Of a stretch of DNA of 64,000 nt, positions 28,736-37,780 are shown one piece after another; positions within the stretch are counted from its first letter, which is position 1; each line of letters starts with the position of its first letter. The stretch comes from a virus (taxonomy: Duplodnaviria > Caudoviricetes). The notes under the pieces were generated by a model, which saw nothing but the letters and a program-made list of their open reading frames with translations, was not told the DNA's origin and did no database searches. A program made the translations under genes and the position numbers. The stretch lies in IMG/VR virus record IMGVR_UViG_3300005841_000939; one strand, given 5' to 3'.

Positions 28736-28973
28736 AACTGGCATCCTCATCAAACCAACTGATGTGCCAGCCGATGCAAAGGAACAAGACCTTCGCAAAA
28801 TTGAATCCCTCATTGAGGCTGATTTAGAAAAGAAATACGGAAAGGGAATCTGGAATACACTTGAATCCCTCCAACTCATCGAAGAAGCCTTGAAGAAGAT
28901 TCGTATCCAGAAGGATCAGAAGATCATGAAAGAACTTAACAAACAAGGAATATCGTTTATCAAACCCCGATAA
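28725..28973 (+). CDS. hypothetical protein
   Basis: GAGGTGG RBS. Confidence 0.6.
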   Translation: MQDETGILIKPTDVPADAKEQDLRKIESLIEADLEKKYGKGIWNTLESLQLIEEALKKIRIQKDQKIMKELNKQGISFIKPR

Positions 28974-29092
28974 ACAGATAGAATGGAGTCATATGCCGTC
29001 AGAAACCTCTGTAGTGAATGACTCTAGCAATAATCAACCCTTGACCCTATGTCCTTGTGATGTATTCTGGTGGGAGCAAGAGGGATGGGACC

Positions 29093-29332
29093 ATGAAGCA
29101 GATAAAGCTGATCAAGAGCCCCTCTCCAGAATCTACTTGCACGGATAATCCCCGCAAAGAAGAATGGCAGGCTTATAGAGCCATACCATCCGATGATAGA
29201 GTTGAATACCCCAAGGTCTATAATCCTCTCACTTGGACATCCAGAATCTGGAACCAAGTCCTCATCATCGTTATCATCCTGTCAGCTTTCTTCTATCTCT
29301 GGTGCTTCAACACCATTCCCCAAGGATTCTGA
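29093..29332 (+). CDS. membrane protein (C-terminal TM)
   Basis: promoter TTGACC-N16-TATTCT at 29041-29068. Confidence 0.6.
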   Translation: MKQIKLIKSPSPESTCTDNPRKEEWQAYRAIPSDDRVEYPKVYNPLTWTSRIWNQVLIIVIILSAFFYLWCFNTIPQGF

Positions 29333-29334
29333 TC

Positions 29335-29616
29335 ATGTGGAAAGAAATCAAAGAGAAGGTTGATAGCTCCTGCTACTTCTTCGCAATCGTTGGGGCAACC
29401 CTGACCTTTTGCGTATGCTTCTTTTTGGCACTCAAGTCTGGTGCGCTATTCAGCATCATCGGATTGGGCTTGGTAATTCTCTCACCCATCATCGGCGCGT
29501 TCATTGGTGGCATGATCTTTGGGGTGTTCTTGGCATTCCCCCTCATTGTGGTTTGGGAAGTGCTGATCCTCCCCATCGTTCGCATCCTCAATTCTCACAA
29601 CAGCCGTCATCACTGA
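29335..29616 (+). CDS. integral membrane protein
   Basis: three hydrophobic segments, AAGGA RBS. Confidence 0.7.
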   Translation: MWKEIKEKVDSSCYFFAIVGATLTFCVCFFLALKSGALFSIIGLGLVILSPIIGAFIGGMIFGVFLAFPLIVVWEVLILPIVRILNSHNSRHH

Positions 29617-29618
29617 TC

Positions 29619-29933
29619 ATGCCCTGGCCAGGTAAATGTCCCTATTGCAATGAGGTCATGACTACTCGGCGTGGACCGTCAGAAGTCACTAATGACCATA
29701 TCATCCCTTTAAACAAAGGTGGTGATACGAACGATGCCAATACCATCTACGTGTGCCAAAAGTGCAACAACGTCAAAAGCAACCATCTCCCATGCGATCC
29801 TGAATGGGGCAATGATCCTAGAAGAGTCATCATCACTAATCGTGTATTGAAAATTATCTTTGATAGGAAATTGGCGTACCCTTGGGAAAAACACGTCAAA
29901 GACCTTAAAATAGATAAACAAGATGCCTCATAA
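29619..29933 (+). CDS. HNH endonuclease
   Basis: CPYC..DHIIPLNKGG..N..CQKCNNVK. Confidence 0.9.
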   Translation: MPWPGKCPYCNEVMTTRRGPSEVTNDHIIPLNKGGDTNDANTIYVCQKCNNVKSNHLPCDPEWGNDPRRVIITNRVLKIIFDRKLAYPWEKHVKDLKIDKQDAS

Positions 29934-30038
29934 TAGAGAAAAATTTGGTCCTTGCGAATATGCACTGATCATTGTATTCTCTCTCGCAAGCCACTTATTT
30001 TACAGTATCTTAGAATACCTTTTCACGAAATTCTGGTA

Positions 30039-30194
30039 ATGCCCACGTCCTCCATCAGCGAACGCCTCAAACTCCACACTTCATTAGCCATGGAGCTTGT
30101 AGACGTAATTGATCAACTCAAACAAGATCCAGCTAATGAAGAGTTGAAAGCTCGGCGTCTTGAACTCCAAGCCCGCATTGATGAGTCAGCTTAA
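30039..30194 (+). CDS. small coiled-coil protein
   Basis: 51 aa; last + strand gene before the strand switch. Confidence 0.55.
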   Translation: MPTSSISERLKLHTSLAMELVDVIDQLKQDPANEELKARRLELQARIDESA

Positions 30195-30356
30195 AATATC
30201 CTTTCGGAATTGAAAGAATGAAGATTTTAAATTATTGATTTGCTCTGCATAAATTTTTAGATGATCATATCTACTATTGCGATGATATAAGAATCCAACG
30301 AAGGCTACATTTTGTCCCTCTACATTACTTAAATCTGGTTCAAAAATATATTTCAT

Positions 30357-30563
30357 TCAATATCCTGACAGCATGTTGAATCGTTTTCGGTCATCTAAGA
30401 AATCCCGAACAATATCTGATATAGATTTTGGTTCAATCAATGGATGATCATACCTATTGTTTTGTTGTTCTAATATAAAAGGAAACATAACATCAATACC
30501 ATATATTGATTCAAAATCTTGTATGGCTTCTTGAGTGTATTTTATTTTCATGATTCTATTCAT
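30357..30563 (-). CDS. KxxR-family protein (divergent)
   Basis: QNNRYDH. Confidence 0.5.
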   Translation of the reverse strand: MNRIMKIKYTQEAIQDFESIYGIDVMFPFILEQQNNRYDHPLIEPKSISDIVRDFLDDRKRFNMLSGY

Positions 30564-30606
30564 AGGATTCTAAGTTTCTTATTGACTTCCGTCTCAAGCA
30601 TGATAG

Positions 30607-31119
30607 CTAGGCCAGTATCATGTCTTTACTGATTTGCAACCACATTTTATGGGTCGCATAGTTCTGACGGTCCATTTTCAATCTTTCTATTGCATCTGTA
30701 GTTTCAATAAAATCTACATGTTCATATTCAAAGGGCAATAAAGCCGGATCTACTTTTTCACCTTTCCGCAAAATAAACAATATAGCAAAAAACTTTATAT
30801 TGACATGACCATTTGAATTTGAAAGACCTTTTCTATCAAGAACTTCTAATTGATATTGATTGTGCGTGACAGATGTTATCTCCATATCTTTTGCACATAA
30901 TTCTAATACTTCTAATGAAAAGGCACTTTCCGCATTACTAATAATAGAATTGACATGATCGTTGTAATGAATAGCAGGTCTTCCCATTCTAGAAACAAAC
31001 CATGCTAAATTATAATGTTTTAAATAATCTACCGGTAAATATTTCCTAAGCGTTATAGCTTCAGGTGTATTTGCTAAGTGGAGGTCCTTAGCAAACATAT
31101 TTTGAACTGGAGGAATCAT
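30607..31119 (-). CDS. 170 aa protein with C-terminal KxxR module
   Basis: KMDRQNY..WLQI at C-terminus. Confidence 0.7.
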   Translation of the reverse strand: MIPPVQNMFAKDLHLANTPEAITLRKYLPVDYLKHYNLAWFVSRMGRPAIHYNDHVNSIISNAESAFSLEVLELCAKDMEITSVTHNQYQLEVLDRKGLSNSNGHVNIKFFAILFILRKGEKVDPALLPFEYEHVDFIETTDAIERLKMDRQNYATHKMWLQISKDMILA

Positions 31120-31291
31120 TAATATGTATACCGCAAATGAACAAAGCCAATCACTAGAGAATCATAGGTGTTTTCTATTGCAACTCTTTCATAACTATAA
31201 TAGGTATAACGATTCATCTTTTCCTGTAGATTAATTTGGATGCTACTATTACCAAATGCTACACCATAATTTTTTCCACCAGTAAATCTAA

Positions 31292-31492
31292 TCATATATA
31301 TTTCTTTAGTATAAAACTTTCCCAGGTATAAACCATATCACTAATATCATAAGTAATTATGGAATGTCTGGATTCTTTTGGTAAGGCTAATAAGTTTTGA
31401 GTAAAAAAGAAAAAATTATCCCATTCAGGACTGTCCCGTTCAAATACTAACGGAACTCTAATAAATTCATTTATTTGAATCCTATTTGCCAT
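31292..31492 (-). CDS. KxxR-family protein
   Basis: KESRHS..TWESF. Confidence 0.65.
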   Translation of the reverse strand: MANRIQINEFIRVPLVFERDSPEWDNFFFFTQNLLALPKESRHSIITYDISDMVYTWESFILKKYI

Positions 31493-31847
31493 ATACGTAA
31501 TTCAAATGGTAAATATCACCAGCACTGGTACCACGTCTAGGATATACTTTCTTTCTACCATTCATGAAACAATCAACAACTTCTTTCCATGTTGATTTAA
31601 TTAATCTCTTCTTGTATTCCTTTGTGTAATCATATCGGTTATCTGTAGCATCCAAATCCATTACAGGATCACCACCCATAGGCTGAACACTTATTAAATC
31701 TTCTATAACTAAAGAAGGGAATGACTGCATAATAGTCGGAAATGCCATGCTATCAAACCCACCAATAGTAGTATTAGGCTTTTTTAAATCATCAGCCCAT
31801 TGTTGTGTATTCTTTAATAATTCGTCTATGTTACTCATTATCTCCAA
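31482..31847 (-). CDS. chimera: T4-type major capsid fragment plus KxxR module
   Basis: GFDSMAFPTIMQSFPSLVIEDLISVQPM and GDIYHLNYVYG flank TDNRYDY..KSTW. Confidence 0.8.
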   Translation of the reverse strand: MEIMSNIDELLKNTQQWADDLKKPNTTIGGFDSMAFPTIMQSFPSLVIEDLISVQPMGGDPVMDLDATDNRYDYTKEYKKRLIKSTWKEVVDCFMNGRKKVYPRRGTSAGDIYHLNYVYGK

Positions 31848-32001
31848 TTATACTGTTTAACTTATCAGACTTCAAGCTATCCCATAAATCATTAAATACT
31901 TGTTTACCATAAACCTTTATAAAATTTTCATTATAAAAACAACTGTTCCTATCATCACGGTAATCTATAAACAAACTGAACCATAAATCTCTATTTGTCA
32001 T
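31831..32001 (-). CDS. KxxR-family protein (56 aa, not in track)
   Basis: RDDRNS..LWDSLKSD. Confidence 0.55.
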   Translation of the reverse strand: MTNRDLWFSLFIDYRDDRNSCFYNENFIKVYGKQVFNDLWDSLKSDKLNSIIGDNE

Positions 32002-32251
32002 TTGGAATTTTTACCATATCATCCCAACGATAACCTTCTAATATATGCTTCTTTTCTATTTCTGAATAAAATACATGATTAGGTACATCCTTACCATACC
32101 GCTTAATAAAGAATGCACATAAAATATGATGCAATGTGTCTTGAACATCTTCTATGGATATACATGGAGGACCTTGATCATATCTCTCACACTTTTCCAA
32201 TAACTGCCGTATTGTTATTATCCTATATCCAATGTCTAATCTAATTCTCAT
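31991..32251 (-). CDS. KxxR-family protein
   Basis: KCERYD. Confidence 0.6.
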   Translation of the reverse strand: MRIRLDIGYRIITIRQLLEKCERYDQGPPCISIEDVQDTLHHILCAFFIKRYGKDVPNHVFYSEIEKKHILEGYRWDDMVKIPNDK

Positions 32252-32384
32252 CTAAGTATTTGTCTTTTATATCTTTAAGTATTATTTCAACATAATCTGA
32301 ATCTTCACAGAGAAAATAATGACATTGTCTATTTTCTTTAGCAATAAATACACTAATTCTAAAATCTTTATGATAAAACGCCAC
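32241..32384 (-). CDS. KxxR-family protein (47 aa, not in track)
   Basis: GTG start; KENRQC..IKDKYL. Confidence 0.55.
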   Translation of the reverse strand: MAFYHKDFRISVFIAKENRQCHYFLCEDSDYVEIILKDIKDKYLDEN

Positions 32385-32389
32385 ACTAA

Positions 32390-32734
32390 TTAACCTAAAT
32401 TAATTTTATAGGACTGAGTATTATCAAACAATATCTCCATAAGCTTTGCAGTACTATTACGCTTTATATGTCTTTCTGCATATCTTTCAACTAGTGATTC
32501 CCATGTAATCTCTATGTTATCCTTTCTATATGTTTTTAAGAAAGGTGAATATCCATACCGTGTTTCTTTATGACTATAAACTAATTCACCATATTTCCTA
32601 GCAACAGCTTTTGGAATAGGTCTATCACAGGAAACTAATTCAGATGGAATAAAATTTGGAAAAGGGGCATTAACTGTCGGGAAATGTATATCATCAAAAC
32701 TCATTTTAAATTTCCTTTTGCAGCATATTTCCAT
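32390..32734 (-). CDS. chimera: degenerate capsid fragment plus KxxR module
   Basis: FDDIHFPTVNAPFPNFIPSELVS then KETRYGY..ITWESLVERY. Confidence 0.7.
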   Translation of the reverse strand: MEICCKRKFKMSFDDIHFPTVNAPFPNFIPSELVSCDRPIPKAVARKYGELVYSHKETRYGYSPFLKTYRKDNIEITWESLVERYAERHIKRNSTAKLMEILFDNTQSYKINLG

Positions 32735-32898
32735 CTAGATTCGGATATTAAATTATCCCATGTTGCTTTAACATTACCAGAATCATAATTATATCCTTTG
32801 TAATTGTTTCGGGTTTCTTTAAGAAATAAATCAATAAATTTGTAAGAAACATCAAATTCTCTTAAATAAATTCCTGGTTTTATATAATTTGTACTCAT
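32701..32898 (-). CDS. chimera: tail-sheath-like N-terminus plus KxxR module
   Basis: YIKPGIYLREFDVS then KETRNNY..ATWDNL. Confidence 0.72.
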   Translation of the reverse strand: MSTNYIKPGIYLREFDVSYKFIDLFLKETRNNYKGYNYDSGNVKATWDNLISESRWKYAAKGNLK

Positions 32899-33143
32899 TC
32901 GTTAACTTTCGTTTAGCTTTTAAAAACTTCTTGACTTGCGGCATTTCTGTGGTAAGATAAATTTTTAGGCTCGGCAAGGAAGGCAACCAAGTTTACAGAC
33001 CCATTTGCTTACTAGAATACCGCTAAGCCGTTTATTGTTATGTTCCTTTATCAATACCTTATTCATATTCATTTTCTTACTCATTTCCCTTTTACTCGTA
33101 TTGGTAATATCTTATTAGCATGTGGCATTGGATTACCGATATA

Positions 33144-33512
33144 TCATGCAACTTTATTAATTCTTTTAATACAAAGCTCTTTCATATAGATTGTTTTATT
33201 TTGGCCTTCAGTAACTAGAGTGTAGAAACATTTTGATTCTATATCTATACCTGCATGCATATTCCATAAGACAGAATCAAGGGATTCCATTTCAGAATCA
33301 CTTGTAGTGTCTATTGAAGCCTTTCTCCATAGAAATACATTTTTAATATGAAGAAAGGCTTGACTAGCTTCTATTGGTTTAGATACTAAATGTCTATCTT
33401 CTTTAGGAAAACAGAATATCACATGGAATCGTTTTCCATGAATAGTTTTATTAAAGCCTTCAATTGGTAATGAAGCATTGCGTTCAGTTGAATAGAATTG
33501 CCAATTACTCAT
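33144..33512 (-). CDS. KxxR-family protein (paralog of 34456)
   Basis: MSNWQFY..FPKEDRH..IKNVFLW. Confidence 0.7.
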   Translation of the reverse strand: MSNWQFYSTERNASLPIEGFNKTIHGKRFHVIFCFPKEDRHLVSKPIEASQAFLHIKNVFLWRKASIDTTSDSEMESLDSVLWNMHAGIDIESKCFYTLVTEGQNKTIYMKELCIKRINKVA

Positions 33513-33712
33513 AGTCTATCCTTGTCTATGCGGGATTGGATTACTGACCTATTATGTAATGAAATAGCTCTATCATTATATGCCCATATTCCTCTTGGAT
33601 CTGATTTCATCCATGACATCTGTAAGAAATCACTTTTTAATTGAGTAAGGCCTGCCAGACCGGTATGATTTAGTCTAAAATGTCTAGTTTCTTTAATTGA
33701 ATTCCTATTCAT
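33509..33712 (-). CDS. KxxR-family protein
   Basis: KETRHF..LKSDFL. Confidence 0.7.
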   Translation of the reverse strand: MNRNSIKETRHFRLNHTGLAGLTQLKSDFLQMSWMKSDPRGIWAYNDRAISLHNRSVIQSRIDKDRL

Positions 33713-34139
33713 AATACCAATCAGGATCCATGAGCGTTAACAGTTTAAATGAGAATATTCCTAAGTCCAAGAAAGAGAAGAATTTAACTAGTCGGAATAG
33801 GAGAGACTTCTTTGGTTTTGGTTGTTCAATGACACGTATACCTGTATCTCTACATGCAGCTACAAACATTGGATACGTAATGAGTGTTTTATCTATTTTA
33901 ATTCGGAATAGTTTGACAAGTACTGGATTCTCTTCTATGAGGACCTCTGTACTTGTAACTTTAGAGAGGAATTTTCTTACGAGACCGTGTACCACCCATT
34001 GTTGCAAAGCACTGGAAACATAGACATCCCTATGGGTTTGATCATGGCAATATGTTTGGCGGGTTATCATGACATCATCAAAATCATGCTGACCAGCAAT
34101 AAGAACAATTTTACCTGCAGAAGTTAATTGAGCTATCAT
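33705..34139 (-). CDS. KxxR-family protein, extended
   Basis: MITRQTY..LVRKFL. Confidence 0.65.
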   Translation of the reverse strand: MIAQLTSAGKIVLIAGQHDFDDVMITRQTYCHDQTHRDVYVSSALQQWVVHGLVRKFLSKVTSTEVLIEENPVLVKLFRIKIDKTLITYPMFVAACRDTGIRVIEQPKPKKSLLFRLVKFFSFLDLGIFSFKLLTLMDPDWYYE

Positions 34140-34456
34140 ATTGTTGATTTACTTACTTGTATACCGTTATCTTCATAGAGAAGTGCTTGTGGATTTCTAC
34201 CTTTCTTTATTTTATGGATTTGGATAGGTGTGAGGTCTTTTATTCTAAATCCATTGTCAATAATATTTTTAACAACCATAAGTTCATGGACCGAATTTTC
34301 TCTTGTAAACATATTCGTAATTCTTTGAACCTGACAGTTGTGTGTAAGATATATGCTCTTGAGATGAGGAAATATGTTATGGATTCTGTGATTGATAGGA
34401 AAAATCCTATCTTGTCTACTAAATTTATGATCTGTATTGAACCAATCAATCTGCAT
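34136..34456 (-). CDS. KxxR-family protein
   Basis: KFSRQD..LKSIYL. Confidence 0.7.
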   Translation of the reverse strand: MQIDWFNTDHKFSRQDRIFPINHRIHNIFPHLKSIYLTHNCQVQRITNMFTRENSVHELMVVKNIIDNGFRIKDLTPIQIHKIKKGRNPQALLYEDNGIQVSKSTI

Positions 34457-34752
34457 TATTTTCTTCTTGTCCTAAAGCTTTTTATGGGATCTTCTGTACC
34501 CATTTTCATATACCATAAAGTAGCATCAAGAGTAGTCATATCATCAATGATGTCTATGTTTAACTTTAGGAATTTCCATAAGAACATTTCTTTTATATTC
34601 ATGAGAGAACCTGAGCTTTCAAGCTCACGAAAGATCGTATGTCTATCTTCTTTAGGGAAGTACGCTAACTCGCGGAAGACCTTTCCTTGAAAATTACATG
34701 TTCTTCTAAACATATACGCATGCGTACCCTCATAAAATTTCCAATTACTCAT
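34456..34752 (-). CDS. KxxR-family protein (paralog of 33144)
   Basis: MSNWKFY..FPKEDRH..IKEMFLW. Confidence 0.7.
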   Translation of the reverse strand: MSNWKFYEGTHAYMFRRTCNFQGKVFRELAYFPKEDRHTIFRELESSGSLMNIKEMFLWKFLKLNIDIIDDMTTLDATLWYMKMGTEDPIKSFRTRRK

Positions 34753-34979
34753 ATGTCATCTATTCCTGTTATGGTCGCATACTTATTAGACATAACTCCA
34801 ACATCATCACCGTAATATTCTAAGAAATCGCTATTAAACACAAGAGCTTGTTCCTCAAGAGTCCATTCAATCCCTTTACCTTTAAAGAAATGTCTTTTGC
34901 GTAATTCCAATTCATGAATAGGGTCGTAGGTAAATCTTCGTTGGCGACATTCTTTACAAAAAATTAATCGTTTATGCAT
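34749..34979 (-). CDS. KxxR-family protein
   Basis: KECRQ..LRKRHFF..IEWTLEEQA. Confidence 0.6.
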   Translation of the reverse strand: MHKRLIFCKECRQRRFTYDPIHELELRKRHFFKGKGIEWTLEEQALVFNSDFLEYYGDDVGVMSNKYATITGIDDI

Positions 34980-35089
34980 CGGAAATAATAGTGATTAAAA
35001 AGATAGAAAGGGGGTAAGTGGCATTCTGCATCGCAAATATGTATAAATACTGATTATCCGTTCATAAATTCATCTTTGCGGTCATAGAC

Positions 35090-35242
35090 TTACAACTTTG
35101 TTGGCTTTAATAATGCTGGAATGAGTGATTTATCGGCATCCCTCGTCCATAATCTGACGCAATATGAGTGTCTAAATTTTCTCCATTTTTCCATATCTGG
35201 CGGCTGAGGTTCTGTATACCTATTAATTATTAAACGTGTCAT
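35090..35242 (-). CDS. KxxR-family protein (50 aa, not in track)
   Basis: IINRYT..WRKFRHSY. Confidence 0.55.
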   Translation of the reverse strand: MTRLIINRYTEPQPPDMEKWRKFRHSYCVRLWTRDADKSLIPALLKPTKL

Positions 35243-35421
35243 GAGTCTTGAAATAGACCTTCAGGGATCATGGCATCACAATAAACTTTTGCTTGTTCTC
35301 GGATAGACCATTCAATGTTTCTTATGACGAAGAATTCTACTTTTAACATGTCAACATAGGCCTCAGAATAAAACATACACCTATAGTATCTTGTTTCCTT
35401 TATGAAGAGTGATCCGTTCAT
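35239..35421 (-). CDS. KxxR-family protein
   Basis: KETRYY..LKVEFF..IEWSIREQA. Confidence 0.7.
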   Translation of the reverse strand: MNGSLFIKETRYYRCMFYSEAYVDMLKVEFFVIRNIEWSIREQAKVYCDAMIPEGLFQDS

Positions 35422-35642
35422 ATATTAACTGGAGGTTGTGGGCAGAGAATGGTATTGATTCTATGTTGGTTATCAAGTAATGACTCACGCATACCTTCTT
35501 CATGTATGAACTCTTCTATAAGAATTGCTACGTCATACTCTATCCAATAAATTAGCAATTTTTTATCCGTCAATCGGTTTATTTTTTTGTCATCATATAT
35601 CATGCGTTGTGTATTCATGAATAAGACGAATTCCGTGTACAT
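35418..35642 (-). CDS. KxxR-family protein
   Basis: KINRLT. Confidence 0.6.
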   Translation of the reverse strand: MYTEFVLFMNTQRMIYDDKKINRLTDKKLLIYWIEYDVAILIEEFIHEEGMRESLLDNQHRINTILCPQPPVNI

Positions 35643-35883
35643 CTAGGAAATTTTGGACATCAAGATTATCATACATAGTTTTTTCGGTTAATTTTAATGC
35701 TTTCACAACAAATTCTATTCCATATATAAAAAACAGAAATTCATCAGCCCTATATGTACAGTTGTATAAGCTTTTAGGATGATGATATTCAAGAGATAGA
35801 TCAGGTGATAAAAACTTACTTTTAAGTGCATTAAATCCATAGGTAACGGAATGATAGCAATATGTATGTCTATTTTCTTTCAT
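35593..35883 (-). CDS. KxxR-family protein (paralog of 37257)
   Basis: KENRHTY..LKSKFL..ADEFLFF. Confidence 0.75.
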   Translation of the reverse strand: MKENRHTYCYHSVTYGFNALKSKFLSPDLSLEYHHPKSLYNCTYRADEFLFFIYGIEFVVKALKLTEKTMYDNLDVQNFLDVHGIRLIHEYTTHDI

Positions 35884-36152
35884 TATTTGAATAGACCCTG
35901 AATACCATATTGATCAAGTATGCACTTTTGTTTTATATCTTTAATTCGGTATTCATTGGCTATGAATGAATTAGGGTTTAAGTTAGATGAAGGATTATCC
36001 GAGGTAATTATTAAACTATCATCTCGTTTCCAACCAAATACATATTCCTTTAATTCAACTAAAGCCATAATTTTTGACTTAAAATTGAAGGGATTTTTAT
36101 ATTGATTTTGCCTATTTATTGGAGTATTGATAAGGGTCAAAATATCTGTCAT
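35883..36152 (-). CDS. KxxR-family protein (paralog of 36973)
   Basis: PINRQN..LKEYVFGWKR..ANEYRIKDI. Confidence 0.75.
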   Translation of the reverse strand: MTDILTLINTPINRQNQYKNPFNFKSKIMALVELKEYVFGWKRDDSLIITSDNPSSNLNPNSFIANEYRIKDIKQKCILDQYGIQGLFK

Positions 36153-36297
36153 ATGTTTCCATTAAAATACTTTGAATTCGCAGGTCATTTGTTCTTATAT
36201 AAATAGAAGGTTTTATTTTTAAGAAGCTTTCTCGTATTTTGCAAGTATACAATAAAAGATCCCCAGCGAAAGGATATGTATTTCTATTGACCTTAAT
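36112..36297 (-). CDS. KxxR-family protein with possible ATT start
   Basis: KVNRNTY..IRESFL..NDLRIQSI; TAAGGA 7 nt upstream of ATT; no ATG. Confidence 0.6.
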   Translation of the reverse strand: MKVNRNTYPFAGDLLLYTCKIRESFLKIKPSIYIRTNDLRIQSILMETYDRYFDPYQYSNK

Positions 36298-36310
36298 ACG
36301 ATATTCCTTA

Positions 36311-36562
36311 TTATTTTATTATACTATCTTTATAGTTATAAGAAGAGAATGAATTACCTAGCCAGTCAGGTTGATGGCATTCTGGTTTAAATCCCCAAAA
36401 TTCTATAAGTTGTTTATGTGTTACAACTTTGTCCCATAATGTTCTTTTGCGGCTTTTTAAATATTCTAGAACAACACGACTTTGCCAATCTTCAAAATAA
36501 TACTTCACTACTGAAGAATCGTAGGTATATCTAGTAGCTTTCATAGTGAAGCGAATCAACAT
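36311..36562 (-). CDS. KxxR-family protein
   Basis: KATRYTY. Confidence 0.7.
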   Translation of the reverse strand: MLIRFTMKATRYTYDSSVVKYYFEDWQSRVVLEYLKSRKRTLWDKVVTHKQLIEFWGFKPECHQPDWLGNSFSSYNYKDSIIK

Positions 36563-36566
36563 AATT

Positions 36567-36971
36567 TTATTTTTTAGACTGGAGGCTGATATTGAAAAAC
36601 TTTTGTATATTTTCCATGTTATGATCTGAATTGTTCATGAAATTATTTAAGTCTAGCAATAAATAAGGGTCTTCTTTAATAACACTAGGACATAATTTTA
36701 TTCCGTATCCAGCCGCAACTATTGGAAAATCACGATGATTATATATGAAGTTTTCATTTACTTTTAAAATTATGCGTAATTGTTTTAGATGATTAGAAAA
36801 TTTAAGAAAAGTATTTGCCCTCTCATCACATGCATATAAAGTTTTTTCTTGTGAATAATGTATATAAAAATCTAGATCATATTTTTCAAAAAATCTTCTT
36901 TTTAATGCTGTTATAGACACTACCATATCATAAATTGAAGGAAGTTCTTCTGAATGTCTATTTATTTTCAT
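36567..36971 (-). CDS. KxxR-family protein
   Basis: KINRHS..LKRRFF. Confidence 0.75.
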   Translation of the reverse strand: MKINRHSEELPSIYDMVVSITALKRRFFEKYDLDFYIHYSQEKTLYACDERANTFLKFSNHLKQLRIILKVNENFIYNHRDFPIVAAGYGIKLCPSVIKEDPYLLLDLNNFMNNSDHNMENIQKFFNISLQSKK

Positions 36972-36972
36972 T

Positions 36973-37260
36973 TTAGGTCAAGTATCTAAATTTAGTTGGT
37001 GCTGACATATATTTTTCAAAATCTTCTGATTTAATAAGTTCTCTAATTCGGAATTCGTTAGAGATAAAAGATTCTGGCTTATGTGTCCTTGTTTTTGTAA
37101 TCTCATTGTAGATAAATGAATCTTTCCGTTTCCATCCAAAGTAAGATTCCTTAAGAATAATAATGCAAGTAATGCGATCCCTTGGAGCATATCTCTCTAT
37201 ATACGTGTGTCTATTCATCTTTTCTTGAATAGATTGTAGTGTGTGCATGGTTTCAATCAT
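36973..37260 (-). CDS. KxxR-family protein
   Basis: KMNRHTY..LKESYFGWKR..SNEFRIREL. Confidence 0.75.
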   Translation of the reverse strand: MIETMHTLQSIQEKMNRHTYIERYAPRDRITCIIILKESYFGWKRKDSFIYNEITKTRTHKPESFISNEFRIRELIKSEDFEKYMSAPTKFRYLT

Positions 37261-37529
37261 GAAATTAGTTTAATATCATAACTGTTAAGACAATTAATAA
37301 CACGCTGATTAGTAAATATATCCTTATCTTTTATTCCTAGGTCTTTTTTAGCAGCATCAACCCAACGTGAGAAAAAATAGAATTCATCTGCTTTGACAGA
37401 ATACCATTGCAGACCTTTAAATACATTTAAAGATAATGGAAGGAGATTTGGTCTAAACTCCGATTTTAATGTAGTAAATCCGGTATAAACACTTAGCTTG
37501 CCTTTATATGTTTGTCTATTTTCTTTCAT
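37257..37529 (-). CDS. KxxR-family protein
   Basis: KENRQTY..LKSEF..ADEFYFF. Confidence 0.75.
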   Translation of the reverse strand: MKENRQTYKGKLSVYTGFTTLKSEFRPNLLPLSLNVFKGLQWYSVKADEFYFFSRWVDAAKKDLGIKDKDIFTNQRVINCLNSYDIKLIS

Positions 37530-37536
37530 TTAATTA

Positions 37537-37779
37537 TCAGTCTTGCGCTGCATCCAAAGAATCTTTAAGGTATTGGTCTTTTCTTATTTCTAATATTCTT
37601 TTTTCATTTGCTGTAATTGATCTATCATTTGAATATATATTAGGCTCATCATAAGTTTTTGTTATGCCAAAAAATGTGTATTTAATATCTCTAAGAAAAA
37701 TAATAGGTGATCTTGGAAAATTATTTTTATATGTCTGTCTATTAAATTTTATTTTTAAAATTTTTATTGCAGGTAACAT
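37537..37779 (-). CDS. KxxR-family protein
   Basis: KFNRQTY..IKYTFF..ANEKRILEI. Confidence 0.75.
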   Translation of the reverse strand: MLPAIKILKIKFNRQTYKNNFPRSPIIFLRDIKYTFFGITKTYDEPNIYSNDRSITANEKRILEIRKDQYLKDSLDAAQD

Positions 37780-37780
37780 G

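Noticed and set aside
32900-33140. Possible extra array member in the gap
   Set aside because: Only short frames (about 39 aa) without the motif; not supported.
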